Below are positions 29,518 to 39,437 of a stretch of DNA of 64,000 bases, piece after piece. Source of the stretch: Patescibacteria group bacterium (GTDB lineage: Bacteria; Patescibacteriota; Patescibacteriia; 2-12-FULL-57-11); NCBI GenBank assembly GCA_004297205.1, contig SCUL01000002.1, positions 381,418 through 445,417 of the forward strand. Reading direction: 5' to 3'. The notes below the pieces were generated by a model. It was not told the DNA's origin. It did no database searches and saw nothing but the letters and a program-made list of their open reading frames with translations. The stretch's first letter is position 1. Each line of letters begins with the position of its first letter. Made by a program: the position numbers and the translations under genes.

Positions 29518-30192
29518 TCAGGCCTTCTTCTCCGCGAGCTGCCGGTAGACGTCGGCCATGGCCAGCCAGGTCAACGGCACGGTCACGAGCAGCCCGACAC
29601 CCAGCGCAAGAACGCCGAGCAGGTTGATGCCGAACGCTGCAAGGCCGAACAGGAAGATCCGACCGCGGTTGCCTTTGGTCAGGTTCCAGCAGCGCTGCAC
29701 GGCCTCGACCGCCCCCACCTTTTGGTCGAGAACGACGTAGATGATCGGCGTGAAGGCCAAACTGACGTAGATGCCGGGAATGATGAAGAGAAGCAGGCCG
29801 ATCAGCACGAGGAAACCGACGATGATCGATGCCAGAAGCGCGTTCAAAAAGACGATGGGTTCCACGAGCAGCGACTTCAGCGTGTACGGTCGCCCGAGGA
29901 CGGCGTCGAGGGTCAGTCGCATCACGCCGGTGGAAAGATACTGCTGCACGGCCCAACCCGCGAAGGCGAACAGGATGCTCACCCACGCACCGACCAGCAC
30001 GAACGGCAGCACGGCCGCATCGATCTTCCCGACGTTCTCCGGGGTGAGCGCGTTGATGATCACCGACGGAATCTGCATGGCCGCTGCGACCACGAAGATC
30101 AGGAACAGCACGCCGATGAAGAAGAGCGGTCGTTTGGCGAAGGCCTCCCAGCCGCGGGAGAACGCCGTACCGATCGAAAAGCGAGGAGTCAT
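29518..30192 (-). CDS. Hypothetical polytopic membrane protein (DUF975-like)
   Basis: 224 aa with about 5 TM helices. No catalytic motifs. Confidence 0.4.
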   Translation of the reverse strand: MTPRFSIGTAFSRGWEAFAKRPLFFIGVLFLIFVVAAAMQIPSVIINALTPENVGKIDAAVLPFVLVGAWVSILFAFAGWAVQQYLSTGVMRLTLDAVLGRPYTLKSLLVEPIVFLNALLASIIVGFLVLIGLLLFIIPGIYVSLAFTPIIYVVLDQKVGAVEAVQRCWNLTKGNRGRIFLFGLAAFGINLLGVLALGVGLLVTVPLTWLAMADVYRQLAEKKA

Positions 30193-30201
30193 AGGCGTGT
30201 G

Positions 30202-31773
30202 TTAGCGGCGATGTCCACGGCCGCCGCGGTTGCCGCCGCCGCTGCGATTGTTGCGCCCGCCGCGATTGCCGCCGCGGCCGCCCGGTCGTGCGCCGGGCGC
30301 CGGACCGATGGGACGGCGCGTTTCCCAAAAGGCGCCGGTGCCGGGAATCGTCATGTCGATCTGGGGCGGTTGCTGTTCCGCCCCGCCGTGGCGGGGCCGC
30401 TGGTCGGCGCCGTAGCGCCGCTCGCCGCCGGGACGACCCGAGCCGAACTGCGGCTTGCGTTTGCCGCGCAGCGTGCCGGGCATGAAGCCCCAGCTCTCGT
30501 CCGGCGGACCGGACGGGGTCTGGCCGCGCCGGAATCCCTGGGACCCCGGACGCTGCGGAGCACCCATGTCGGAGCGGTGCGTCGGCGCCATCGGGCGTTG
30601 CTGGAACCGGCGTTGCTGCCGGTCGGGAGGCATGGCGGATGCGCCCGCGGAGGCCTGCAGGCCCTCGGGAAGCGGCGCGACGGGAATCTGCTGGCGGATC
30701 AAGCGCTCGATGGGCCCGAGCAGCTTGCGCTGGTCCGGCGCCACAAAGCTCGTAGCCCGTCCGGTCGCCGCGGCGCGCGCCGTGCGCCCAATGCGGTGGA
30801 CGTAGTCCTCGGCCACGGACGGCAAGTCGAAGTTCACGATATGCGCGATGTTGGCGACGTCGATCCCGCGGGCGGCGATGTCAGTGGCCACCAGGACGCG
30901 GTGCTTGCCTGTTTTGAATCCTTCGAGCGCGCGCAGGCGCTGGTTCAGCGAACGGTTGGAGTGGATGCGCTCGACCTTGTGGCCGGCGTTTGCGATGAGC
31001 CGGGCCACCTTGTCGGCGCGGTGCTTGGTGCGCGTGAAGACGAGCACCGTCCCCGGTTCCTCACCGAGCAACCAAAGCAAAAGCGGCACCTTCATCTTGT
31101 CGTCGGCGAAGAAGATACGCTGCGTCACGCCTTCGGCCGTGGTGCCGGTGCGGGCGATTTCGACGCGCACCGGGTCGTGCAACTGCTGGTTGGCGAGCTG
31201 CGCGACTTCCGGAAGCATGGTCGCCGAAAAGAGCATCGTCTGGCGCTGCTTGGGGAGCGCGGAGAAGATGCGGCGGATCTGCGGCCAGAAGCCCATGTCG
31301 AGCATGCGGTCGGCTTCGTCGAGCACGACCATTTCGAGCTTCGACATGTCCGTGGTGCGCCGCTCCAGGTGGTCGATGAGCCGTCCCGGCGTGGCGATGA
31401 CGATGCTGACCCCGGAGCGCAACGCGGCCGTCTGCGGATTCATGCCGGCGCCGCCGATGATGACGGCGCGGCGCAACGGCACGCCCTTGGCAAGTTTGGC
31501 GAGCGTCTCATCGATCTGGAGCGCGAGTTCGCGCGTCGGTGCAAGAATCAGCCCGACCGTCCCCTTCTTGCCAGCGAGACGCATGAGCATCGGCAGGGCG
31601 AAGGCGGCGGTCTTGCCGGTGCCGGTCTGGGCGATGCCCACCACGTCACGGCCGAGCATGCCCGGCGGGATGGCCTGGGCCTGGATCGGCGTGGGTGCTT
31701 CGTAGCCGGCGGCCGCGATGTTCTTCAGGAGCAAGTCCGGAAGACCCAATTCAGAAAACGATTGTGGATGCAT
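30202..31773 (-). CDS. DEAD-box ATP-dependent RNA helicase with RGG/Gly-Arg-rich C-terminal tail
   Basis: 523 aa with Q-motif (GYEAPTPIQ), motif I (AQTGTGKT), DEAD, SAT, and HRIGRTARA. The C-terminal ~130 aa are low-complexity, G/R/P-rich. Confidence 0.9.
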   Translation of the reverse strand: MHPQSFSELGLPDLLLKNIAAAGYEAPTPIQAQAIPPGMLGRDVVGIAQTGTGKTAAFALPMLMRLAGKKGTVGLILAPTRELALQIDETLAKLAKGVPLRRAVIIGGAGMNPQTAALRSGVSIVIATPGRLIDHLERRTTDMSKLEMVVLDEADRMLDMGFWPQIRRIFSALPKQRQTMLFSATMLPEVAQLANQQLHDPVRVEIARTGTTAEGVTQRIFFADDKMKVPLLLWLLGEEPGTVLVFTRTKHRADKVARLIANAGHKVERIHSNRSLNQRLRALEGFKTGKHRVLVATDIAARGIDVANIAHIVNFDLPSVAEDYVHRIGRTARAAATGRATSFVAPDQRKLLGPIERLIRQQIPVAPLPEGLQASAGASAMPPDRQQRRFQQRPMAPTHRSDMGAPQRPGSQGFRRGQTPSGPPDESWGFMPGTLRGKRKPQFGSGRPGGERRYGADQRPRHGGAEQQPPQIDMTIPGTGAFWETRRPIGPAPGARPGGRGGNRGGRNNRSGGGNRGGRGHRR

Positions 31774-32103
31774 GAAAGAAAATTACACGTCAGGAACCAA
31801 AAGGCCCCATGACTCGAACTGATACTGGTTTCGGCGAAATGCCAAGTGGGTGCCCGCATCCGGCGTCCAAGGACGACGGACAGGAAGGCGCGGTGGATTC
31901 CCCGTGAGGCGGGGACCGCATCCCTTGCGCGAGCCGGCCCGGCCGAACCCGGAGGCTTGGTCGGAGAGACCGCGGAAAGGGACTCCCATGAAGTAGGGTT
32001 GTCCCGAAACCAATGCCAGAGAGCGCATGAGGCTGTCCCTAACATAGCCCGAATACCGCGCTTTGTCCAGATAAAAAAGGGACGCCCGATGTGAACGGTG
32101 CCC

Positions 32104-32793
32104 CTATTCGGCATCGCTTGCGAACAAGCCTGCGCGCTGCAGATACGCGAGCAACTCCTCATACGTTGCCACATCGCCCTTCTGCTGATAGGCCAAGATG
32201 CGCTGATACTCTGTCGCCGTAGCATCGGAGAGAGTGGCGCCTGCGTAGTGGTTGGCGTTCGTCCCACTCAGCGTCCCAGCCAAACGCCGTGGTGCACTCC
32301 AAGGATAGACGCGTGGCACAGGCCCCGCCTCGCGCCAGTCGAGGAGCAGGCGTGCCAACGTCAGGTAGGCCCGCGGCAGATGCCAGTCCGTCACGACCAG
32401 ATAGAGAGTGATGCGCTGACGGGCTGGTGCAGCTGCGTAGAGACGGCTGCACAGCGCCTGCGTGTTCTGCGACTGGACTAACGCATTCTCCCCGTTCTCA
32501 TCGATCTCGACCGACGGCGGACGCGGCAGATGCGCCAGCCGAGCGACGAGTTCTCCGTGCGCGGGAAGATCTCCCCGCGCACGTTCCGCGGCGTTGATGC
32601 CCGCAAGGTACAGCATCCCCGTGTACGTGCATTGCGCGAGGGCGATGCCGGCCTCGACGCGCTCGCGCTCGCCAACCCCGGGATAGACGACGATCGCGTC
32701 GATGGCACGACCCTCCTGTACTCGCACGCGACCGGCCGTCGCGAGCGTGCTCATGAGCACCGAAGCACGAAAGAACGATTCGCATCGATCCAC
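32104..32793 (-). CDS. DUF218 (YdcF/ElyC-like) domain protein
   Basis: 229 aa. Pattern AIDAIVVYPG...SQNTQALCS...ITLYLVVTDWHLPRA is consistent with DUF218. Confidence 0.45.
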   Translation of the reverse strand: MDRCESFFRASVLMSTLATAGRVRVQEGRAIDAIVVYPGVGERERVEAGIALAQCTYTGMLYLAGINAAERARGDLPAHGELVARLAHLPRPPSVEIDENGENALVQSQNTQALCSRLYAAAPARQRITLYLVVTDWHLPRAYLTLARLLLDWREAGPVPRVYPWSAPRRLAGTLSGTNANHYAGATLSDATATEYQRILAYQQKGDVATYEELLAYLQRAGLFASDAE

Positions 32794-32842
32794 CCGGCAC
32801 CTCCTGGCCGAGCTATAACAGAAATACGCCGGGGCGTCAATC

Positions 32843-34834
32843 CTACTTGGTCTTCTTCACGAGCGTACCATCCCAGTCGGCGGGAGGGGATTCTTCCAAG
32901 AATTGTTCGCAACGGGCGATGTAATTCTGGAGGGAGACGTCCTCGGGCTTCACATGTGCCATGGCATGGAAGGCGTCCCGCGCCTCCGTGAACTTTCGCG
33001 CGAGGTAGAGATCACGCGCCGCGGCAAAATGCTTCACGAACATCTTCTGGGCGTCCGTCGCGTCGTCCGCGCCGCAGACCACCTCAAAGATGTCGATCGG
33101 CTCCTTCTTGCCTTTGACGGCCACGCGGTCGAGCGGACGCAGAAGATAGCCGTGGCCGATCAGCTTCTTGGTGCTCTCGGAGACGATGATCTCCGTGCCG
33201 TAATCCTTGTTCAGCCCCTCGAGGCGCGAACCGAGGTTCACGGCGTCGCCCATCACGGTGTAGTCGAAGCGGTTCTTGGAGCCCATGTTGCCGACGACCA
33301 TCGGTCCCGAGTTCACGCCGATGCCGAGCTTCAAAGTCACGCCTTCCGGAAAGGCGCCGCCGGCGTTCATCTCCACGAGGCGCGTGCGCATGGCAAGTCC
33401 CGTTTCCACGGCGTGCATGGCGTGCTGCGCGTCGTCGTAGGGCGCGCCCCAGAAGGCCATGATGGCGTCGCCCATGTACTTGTCGAGCACGCCCTCATGC
33501 GCGAAGACGAGTCCGGTCATCACGTCGAGGTACGTGTTGAGCACGGCCACAAGCTCTTCCGGAGAAAGTTTTTCCGAAATGGAGGTGAAGCCGCGCAGGT
33601 CGGAAAAGAGCACCGTCATCTCGCGGCGTTCACCGCCCAGCTCAAGCTTCTCCGGATGCGCCATGAGGTCGCGCACCACGGCGCCCGAGACGTAGCGCTC
33701 AAGCACGGTGCGGGTGCGCAAACGTTCCGCCTTTTCCCGGAAGGTGCGCTCGGCCATGGTCGCGCCGGAAGCGAACGCCAAGGCCAGCGGCGGATAGAAC
33801 AGGTCGCCGACAATGCCGACGTCAAACAGGGCGAACGTCGCCAAACCGTAGAGGCCGAACGTGCCACCGACGATCAGCCAGGCCGTGCGCAGCCGCAGGC
33901 GCAGCATGGCCGCGGCGGCGATGGCGCAAAATAAGACGATGAGGATATCGCGCGCCGCCGCGGGCAGATCGCGCAGGTTCCGCCCGGACAGTTCCGTGGC
34001 GATGGCGTTGGCGTGCACTTCGATCCCGGGCATCGGGTCGCGCTTGGCCGTCGGCGTGGTCAGGACGTCGTGCAGGTCCGGCGCGGTGGCGCCCACCAGC
34101 ACGATGGCATCCCTGAACATCGCCGGATCGACGCGGTCGTTGATGACGTCGGCGAACGGAATGGTGCGGAAGGTCCCTTTCGGCCCCGCGTAGTTCACGA
34201 TGAAGGAGCCTTCCGTCTGCGAGAGTTCGCGTCCCGGAAAGGCGGTTTCGAACACGGCGCGGAACATCGGCCGGTTGCGCTCGACGGAGACGCCACGCAC
34301 GGTCAGCGGCACGCGGCGGAAAACGCCGTCGGCGTCCGGGGGCGTGTTCACGAACCCGAGCGGCGCAACGGCAGTGAGCTCCGGGATGGGCACGATCGGC
34401 CGGACCGCGAACGGCGACGTCTCCCCCGCGGTCTTCACGAAGGTCGCCTCGAGCGGCAGGACGACGTTGCCCGCCTCGCGCAATGCCGCGGCGAGCTTGG
34501 CGTCGTCGGCGCAGGCAGCGCCGGTCTCCCCTGCCGCACAGGTCGGTTCCGGAAAATTCACGTCGTAGCCCACGGCCTTTGCCCCGGCCTCGGTCAGTTT
34601 CTCGATCAGCGCGACGTGGACGCTGCGCCGCCAGGGGAAGCGGCCGATCTCGCGGATCGAGGCGTCGTCGATGGCCACGATCACGATATTCGCCGGCGGT
34701 TCATACCCGATGAACAACGCGTCGGAAAGCAAACCGCGCGCGGACTGGAAGAATCCGAGGCGCGCGCTCGCAACCAACACCGCCGCGAGGGCGGCGGTGA
34801 AGAGGACGGCGCGCAGCGGGCCGAGGCGCGACAT
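32843..34834 (-). CDS. CHASE2 sensor domain-containing class III adenylate/guanylate cyclase
   Basis: 663 aa. Signal/TM anchor, then a CHASE2 periplasmic region, then TM helices, then a cyclase homology domain (VLFSDLRGFTSISEKL...YMGDAIMAFWGAP), then a C-terminal helical/TPR-like region. Confidence 0.8.
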   Translation of the reverse strand: MSRLGPLRAVLFTAALAAVLVASARLGFFQSARGLLSDALFIGYEPPANIVIVAIDDASIREIGRFPWRRSVHVALIEKLTEAGAKAVGYDVNFPEPTCAAGETGAACADDAKLAAALREAGNVVLPLEATFVKTAGETSPFAVRPIVPIPELTAVAPLGFVNTPPDADGVFRRVPLTVRGVSVERNRPMFRAVFETAFPGRELSQTEGSFIVNYAGPKGTFRTIPFADVINDRVDPAMFRDAIVLVGATAPDLHDVLTTPTAKRDPMPGIEVHANAIATELSGRNLRDLPAAARDILIVLFCAIAAAAMLRLRLRTAWLIVGGTFGLYGLATFALFDVGIVGDLFYPPLALAFASGATMAERTFREKAERLRTRTVLERYVSGAVVRDLMAHPEKLELGGERREMTVLFSDLRGFTSISEKLSPEELVAVLNTYLDVMTGLVFAHEGVLDKYMGDAIMAFWGAPYDDAQHAMHAVETGLAMRTRLVEMNAGGAFPEGVTLKLGIGVNSGPMVVGNMGSKNRFDYTVMGDAVNLGSRLEGLNKDYGTEIIVSESTKKLIGHGYLLRPLDRVAVKGKKEPIDIFEVVCGADDATDAQKMFVKHFAAARDLYLARKFTEARDAFHAMAHVKPEDVSLQNYIARCEQFLEESPPADWDGTLVKKTK

Positions 34835-34838
34835 GGAA

Positions 34839-36755
34839 TTACGGGCCGACCGAGACGCTGGCCGTGCCGGAGACGGTCGTGCCTTCGGTGTAGCCGGCGG
34901 TGACGACCGTCGATTGCGCCTGATACTGGTAGCTCACCTGGAAAACGTTGCCGGTGAGCGTCCCGGCCGCCGGGTTGGAATGCGACCAGGTTGCCTGTCC
35001 GGTCACGTCCTTCGTCGAACCGTCGCTGTAGTGGGCGGTGGCGCTGAAGGCCTGCTGCTGTCCGCTGCGCAACGAAACCGAACCCGGTGCGACCGTCACG
35101 CTTTGGAGCGTGGCCTGGACGGGCGCCTGTTGGATCGTCCGCACGCTGTAACCGCCGGTCAGCCCGGAGTACAGGGCGCGCACCGTGGCGCTGCCGACCG
35201 CCGAGGTCGTGAGATTGCCGCGCGTCAGCGTGCCGATGGGGTCGCCGACCAGTTCCCACTGCGCCGAGGTCGTGACGTCCTGGGTCGAACCGTCGCTCAT
35301 GGTGAGGACTGCCCGGAACTGTTGCGAATCCGGCACGTTCATGAGCGTGCGGGTGCCGATGACGGCAAGCGACTGAGCGGTTGGTCCGACTGCCGGGACG
35401 TTGGTGTTGGTATTCGTCGGCAGGTTCGTGTTGGTGGTGACCGGCGCGTTGACATTGCTGTTGGCGTTCAGATTCGTGTTCGTCACGGGAAGATTCTCGT
35501 CGACCGCGGTGGACTCCGTGGTCGTCGCGTTTTCGACGCGCAGCGCGTCGAGCGGACGGAAGCGGAACGGCGCCGTGCCAAAGGCCTCCGGGTCCATGGC
35601 CTTGAGCGCGGACAACATGCCGTCCATTTCGGAGCGCTCGCCGAGGATGCGGTCGCGCAGCGCCTCGGGAATCTGCACGCCTTCGCCGTTCATGGCGGCG
35701 ATGAGCATGCGGTGCTCGGCCATGCGGCCGACCATTTGCTTGATCACGGTGCGCACTTTGGGCGGTTCCACCTTCCCTGCACCGATCTCCCGCTGCACGT
35801 TCCGGAAGCCGTCGAGGTAGCGGGACCAGGCCCGCGTCGCGGCGTCCATCTTGCCGGCGCGCGCCAAAAGCACGGTTTCCGCAAAACGACGGTCTTCATA
35901 GGACATGCGGAGTACCCGGCGGACGTCGGGGTCCGTGGTCAGCGCCAGACGGAGACGTTCGCCGAAACTCTGCAGTGCGTGACCCGGCGTTCCCGGCAGG
36001 GTGCGCGCGGCGTCGGAAAGGATCCGTTCGCGCTGTTGCTTCACATGATTCAAAAACTGTTCGTCCGCCGCCTGGTTCTTGCGGAACCACGCCGAGGTGC
36101 GGAAGCGCTCGGCCATGGCGCGGCGTACCATCTTCTCCGCGGCGGGCGCGCCGCCTTTTTTGGCCATCCAGGCCTCCTCGCCGGAACGGACGTCCTGCCA
36201 CGCCGGTTCCACCGGCGTCGCCGGCGCGCGGGCCGTGCCGACGAGCCCCTCGACGACCTGCACGACGTCGCCGTCCGGACTCGAAACGTCGGTCACGAAT
36301 GCCGTGCCGCGCACCGTGGCGACGACGGTCGAGGACTGCACGCTGAAGCTCGCGTCGCGGTCGAGCAGCTTCACGACGCGCGACCAGACGCGCCCGGCAG
36401 TGACGGCGAGCGTGATCCGGGTGCTGGCATGATTGTCGCCGTCAACGACGAGCTCGCGCACCACGACTTCGCTGTTCTCGTCGAGCCGCGCCGTGGCGCC
36501 GTCGAAAAAGTTGACCGTGGCCTGGCTCTTGGCGTTGGTCTTGATCTGGTCGCCCTCGCCGAGCGCCGCGTCGGCGGCGACCGGCTCCCAGGATCCGGCG
36601 CCGTGCCGGAGGAACGCTTCCCCTTCGTCGACCGTCACGGTCGCGACCGGCGCGCCGCGCTCGGCAGGCGCCGACAGGGCCCAGGCATTGAGCCCGCCCA
36701 CCACGGCTAGCACGAGGACGACGACGAAAACCGCGAGGAAGGTGCGTTTTTTCAT
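34839..36755 (-). CDS. FecR-domain protein with C-terminal Ig-like (Big_2-type) repeats and Asn/Thr-rich linker
   Basis: 638 aa with an N-terminal signal/TM anchor. FecR-like beta region (GEGDQIKTNAKSQATVNFFDGATARLDENSEVVV). Low-complexity TNTNLNANSNVNAPVTTNTNLPTNTNTNVP linker. C-terminal tandem beta domains rich in T/S/G. Confidence 0.6.
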   Translation of the reverse strand: MKKRTFLAVFVVVLVLAVVGGLNAWALSAPAERGAPVATVTVDEGEAFLRHGAGSWEPVAADAALGEGDQIKTNAKSQATVNFFDGATARLDENSEVVVRELVVDGDNHASTRITLAVTAGRVWSRVVKLLDRDASFSVQSSTVVATVRGTAFVTDVSSPDGDVVQVVEGLVGTARAPATPVEPAWQDVRSGEEAWMAKKGGAPAAEKMVRRAMAERFRTSAWFRKNQAADEQFLNHVKQQRERILSDAARTLPGTPGHALQSFGERLRLALTTDPDVRRVLRMSYEDRRFAETVLLARAGKMDAATRAWSRYLDGFRNVQREIGAGKVEPPKVRTVIKQMVGRMAEHRMLIAAMNGEGVQIPEALRDRILGERSEMDGMLSALKAMDPEAFGTAPFRFRPLDALRVENATTTESTAVDENLPVTNTNLNANSNVNAPVTTNTNLPTNTNTNVPAVGPTAQSLAVIGTRTLMNVPDSQQFRAVLTMSDGSTQDVTTSAQWELVGDPIGTLTRGNLTTSAVGSATVRALYSGLTGGYSVRTIQQAPVQATLQSVTVAPGSVSLRSGQQQAFSATAHYSDGSTKDVTGQATWSHSNPAAGTLTGNVFQVSYQYQAQSTVVTAGYTEGTTVSGTASVSVGP

Positions 36756-36832
36756 ACGCGGGACATGCTAGCAGAAAGGGGAGGAATAAAAAAGACGGCC
36801 CGGGGTCCTGATACGGACCTGGGGCCGCGGCA

Positions 36833-38137
36833 TTACCCGCCGGCGAGCACCTGGGCGTCGATGTCGGGATTCGCCCAGTCGACGCCGAAGATCTCCGCCG
36901 GATTCAGCATCGGGAGCACCTCCCGCGCCCGACGCCGTTCGTACTGCTTGTGGTTGATCGGTTTCTTGGACAGCCGGGAGCGGGCATAGTTCTCGAAGGC
37001 ATGAAACTGCCCCTCAAACTTGTACCCGTCGTAGGTGAAATTCACGTTGATCACCCGGTAGCCCTTGTCCGAGATGGGATTGCCGCCTTCGCCGCCCCGG
37101 CGCGTGTCCTTCATGCTGCTCACGGAACCGACCATCGGGAAGACCTCTTCGGCGAGCCGTTGGATGCCCAGGCCGAGTTCGCACTCGTCCCGGAACACCA
37201 TCTGGAAGCGGAACAGGTCGGGCAGCTTGAGCGGATCGGTGATCTTCTGGTCCATCATCTTGAAGAGCACCGCATCGGGCTTCTTCTGGCCGGGGTCGAA
37301 GAACACCGGCAGCTGGCGGCCGAAGCGGTCCTTGAAGTACCGGCACGGCATGGGCACGGGGACGAATTCCCCGGGCGCGGCCGCTTCCTGCGGACCCAGC
37401 ACGCGCAGCGGGTCGCCGGTCTCACGGTCGACGGCGACGCGGACCGTAAACTGCCGCTCCGCGCCGGGCGTGAAGAACCGCTCCACCAACACGTCGGTGA
37501 TGAACTTCTCGAACGGCCGGCCTGCCGTGATGTCCTGCAGCGTGTGCCAGATGTGGAACAGACGCTCGCCGAGCACCAGGTCGCGCCGCATCGAGAACAG
37601 CCGCATCCGCAGCATGTAATCGCGCGGATCGCCGGGGTCGAGACCCAACGACGGCGTCTCCTTGATCTCCATCATGATCTCGACCGGATCGACCTTCGTC
37701 TCGAGCGTCCCCTCCGAGGTGAACGGCGCCCGGAAGATTTCCGGGATGAACCGCTGGTTGTACTCGACGACGGCGTTGCGCGCCGTCTTCAGGGTCTCTC
37801 CCATCAGATCGTAGAGCCCGTCGTCGTCGAGACCGCCGTCGACGCGGTAGGTCTGCCGGATGCGCCGGGCCAGGAGGCGCGGCCGTTCCTTCTCCGGCAG
37901 CGCCGCGAGGTGCGTCAGCAGGTTGGTGTAGGCCCGCTGCTTGTACAGGTACGAGGCGGAGACGCACTCGCCGCGGTCCCCGAGCTGGCGCATGTAGGCG
38001 CGCAGCCCTTCCGCCGTCACCGGCCAGATCGGGTGCAGGTCTTCGTATCCGGGCGTGTCGACGGCACACAGGTGCGGTCGCACGCGTTTGGGGCGGAACT
38101 CCCGCGGTTCATCGAAGCGCGGAAGCTCCTCGTTCAT
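36833..38137 (-). CDS. Hypothetical protein (uncharacterised; weak RelA/SpoT-like nucleotidyltransferase motif near C-terminus)
   Basis: ORF 36833..38614 trimmed to MNEELPRFDEPREF (434 aa); the upstream 159 codons are Arg/Pro/Gly-rich junk. No confident family. The motif YRVINVNFTYDGYKFEGQFHAFENY faintly recalls synthetase-domain motifs. Confidence 0.4.
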   Translation of the reverse strand: MNEELPRFDEPREFRPKRVRPHLCAVDTPGYEDLHPIWPVTAEGLRAYMRQLGDRGECVSASYLYKQRAYTNLLTHLAALPEKERPRLLARRIRQTYRVDGGLDDDGLYDLMGETLKTARNAVVEYNQRFIPEIFRAPFTSEGTLETKVDPVEIMMEIKETPSLGLDPGDPRDYMLRMRLFSMRRDLVLGERLFHIWHTLQDITAGRPFEKFITDVLVERFFTPGAERQFTVRVAVDRETGDPLRVLGPQEAAAPGEFVPVPMPCRYFKDRFGRQLPVFFDPGQKKPDAVLFKMMDQKITDPLKLPDLFRFQMVFRDECELGLGIQRLAEEVFPMVGSVSSMKDTRRGGEGGNPISDKGYRVINVNFTYDGYKFEGQFHAFENYARSRLSKKPINHKQYERRRAREVLPMLNPAEIFGVDWANPDIDAQVLAGG

Positions 38138-38226
38138 CTCGGTCACGTCTTCCTTTCCCCCGGCACACCGCGTGCCGGGAAGGGCGGAACGTAGCAGAAA
38201 AAAAAGAGAGCGGCAAGCCCCGCGGC

Positions 38227-38752
38227 CTACCGCGCCGGCGTCGTGCGAACGCCGAAGAAGATGAGCTTCTGTGCCCCGTTCTCGCCGTCGGTCACGGCGA
38301 TGTCGAACCACAGGTCGCCCTGGTGGTGCGGCAGCAGGCGCCGCCCGGCGTCGATCACCGCGAACACCGCCTGGTTGTGCAGCGCCCCGAGATTGACCAG
38401 CTCGCCATCTGTGTTGACGACCTTGAGCACGTGCACGTCCTTGCCCGTGATCCGGCAGTGCACCTGCGGGTTGCAGCGCACCGGCAGGCGCACCTCGATC
38501 ACCGTCTCCTCCGGGTGGTCTCCGCTGCGGAAGATGGCCCTGACGCGCTTCGTGACCCCGGACCCGAAACGCACGCCTTTCACGAGCAGCTCGGCGCCGC
38601 GGTGATTGATGCACAGCCGGGTGAAGGCTTCCTCACGCTCGACGCCGCGGGCGACTTTGCCCGGCGGCAACAGGCCGCTGTCCGCGAACAGCGCCCGGAA
38701 GGCGCGCCGCGATTCCACGGGATTCTCTCCGCTCTGGTTCACGATTTCTCCT
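38227..38752 (-). CDS. Hypothetical protein (uncharacterised)
   Basis: The ORF begins with TTG at 38778. A GTG at 38752, preceded by AGGAGAGGAGAAATC, is a better start. About 175 aa, no family recognised. First gene of a four-gene minus-strand operon with the FecR and CHASE2-cyclase genes. Confidence 0.35.
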
Positions 38753-38762
38753 CTCCTGGAAC

Positions 38763-38785
38763 GAAAGGACCCCCGCAAGGCGGGG
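38763..38785 (-). other. Perfect 10-bp GC hairpin (GGACCCCCGC/GCGGGGGUCC) in the ndk-downstream intergenic region
   Basis: Inverted repeat ggacccccgcaaggcgggggtcc, followed in minus sense by a weak U-tract. Possible terminator/attenuator separating the comEC-ndk unit from the downstream operon. Confidence 0.4.
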
Positions 38786-38973
38786 GTCCGGAAGTTCCTG
38801 ACGATGCGTTACGCAGCACGCACGGAACCGCGGACCCCGTTGCCGAGGACCTTCTTCGTGCTGATGAAGTGGTGGTTCCGTTGCTGCATACGTACGTCCA
38901 TCATAGGAAACGACAATGCCGGCGTCAAGCGCCGACATTGTCGTACCGCACGGAATGGCAGTCGGAGGGTCGC

Positions 38974-39432
38974 TTATCCGTAGATGAAGTCGGCGTCGAT
39001 CTTCTTGTAGGCGAAGATTTCCTCGGGCGCAAAGAAGCGCTTGATCTCGACATCACCGTTTTCGGGCGAGTCGGAAGCGTGCACCAGGTTCATGGTACCC
39101 ATCGACATGTCGCCGCGGATCGAACCGGCCTCGGCCTCGTTGCCGAAGGTCTTGCCGACCAGGATGCGCACCGCGTTGACGCAGGCCGCACCCTCGAGCG
39201 CGATGACCACGACCGGTGCCGACTTCATGAACTTCTTGATGTCGCCAAAGAACGGTTTTTCCTTGAGGTGCGCGTAGTGCTCGTCGAGGTGAGCGTCGGA
39301 AAGCGAGATCATCTTCATGCCGATGATCTTGAGGCCCTTCAGTTCGAAGCGGCGGACGACCTCTCCCAGCAGGTTGCGCTGCAGGGCGTCCGGCTTGAGG
39401 ATGATGCACGTCCGTTCCATCATGTTCGGCAT
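38974..39432 (-). CDS. ndk: Nucleoside diphosphate kinase
   Basis: 152 aa trimmed from the long 38974..40572 ORF. Contains ERTCIILKPDALQRNLLGEVVRRFE and the active-site region NLVHASDS. Confidence 0.9.
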   Translation of the reverse strand: MPNMMERTCIILKPDALQRNLLGEVVRRFELKGLKIIGMKMISLSDAHLDEHYAHLKEKPFFGDIKKFMKSAPVVVIALEGAACVNAVRILVGKTFGNEAEAGSIRGDMSMGTMNLVHASDSPENGDVEIKRFFAPEEIFAYKKIDADFIYG

Positions 39433-39437
39433 ACGGA

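Noticed and set aside
28882-31812. 976-aa plus-strand ORF across tRNA-Pro and the helicase gene
   Set aside because: Spans a tRNA and is antisense to a DEAD-box helicase. Artefact of GC-rich sequence.
36833-38137. CD-NTase / RelA-SpoT synthetase assignment for the 434-aa protein
   Set aside because: Only a short, weak motif resemblance. No GS…[DE]x[DE] nucleotidyltransferase core could be identified by eye. Left as hypothetical.
38138-38614. 159-codon N-terminal extension of the 36833..38614 ORF
   Set aside because: Arg/Pro/Gly-rich junk sequence. The protein-like part begins at MNEELP.
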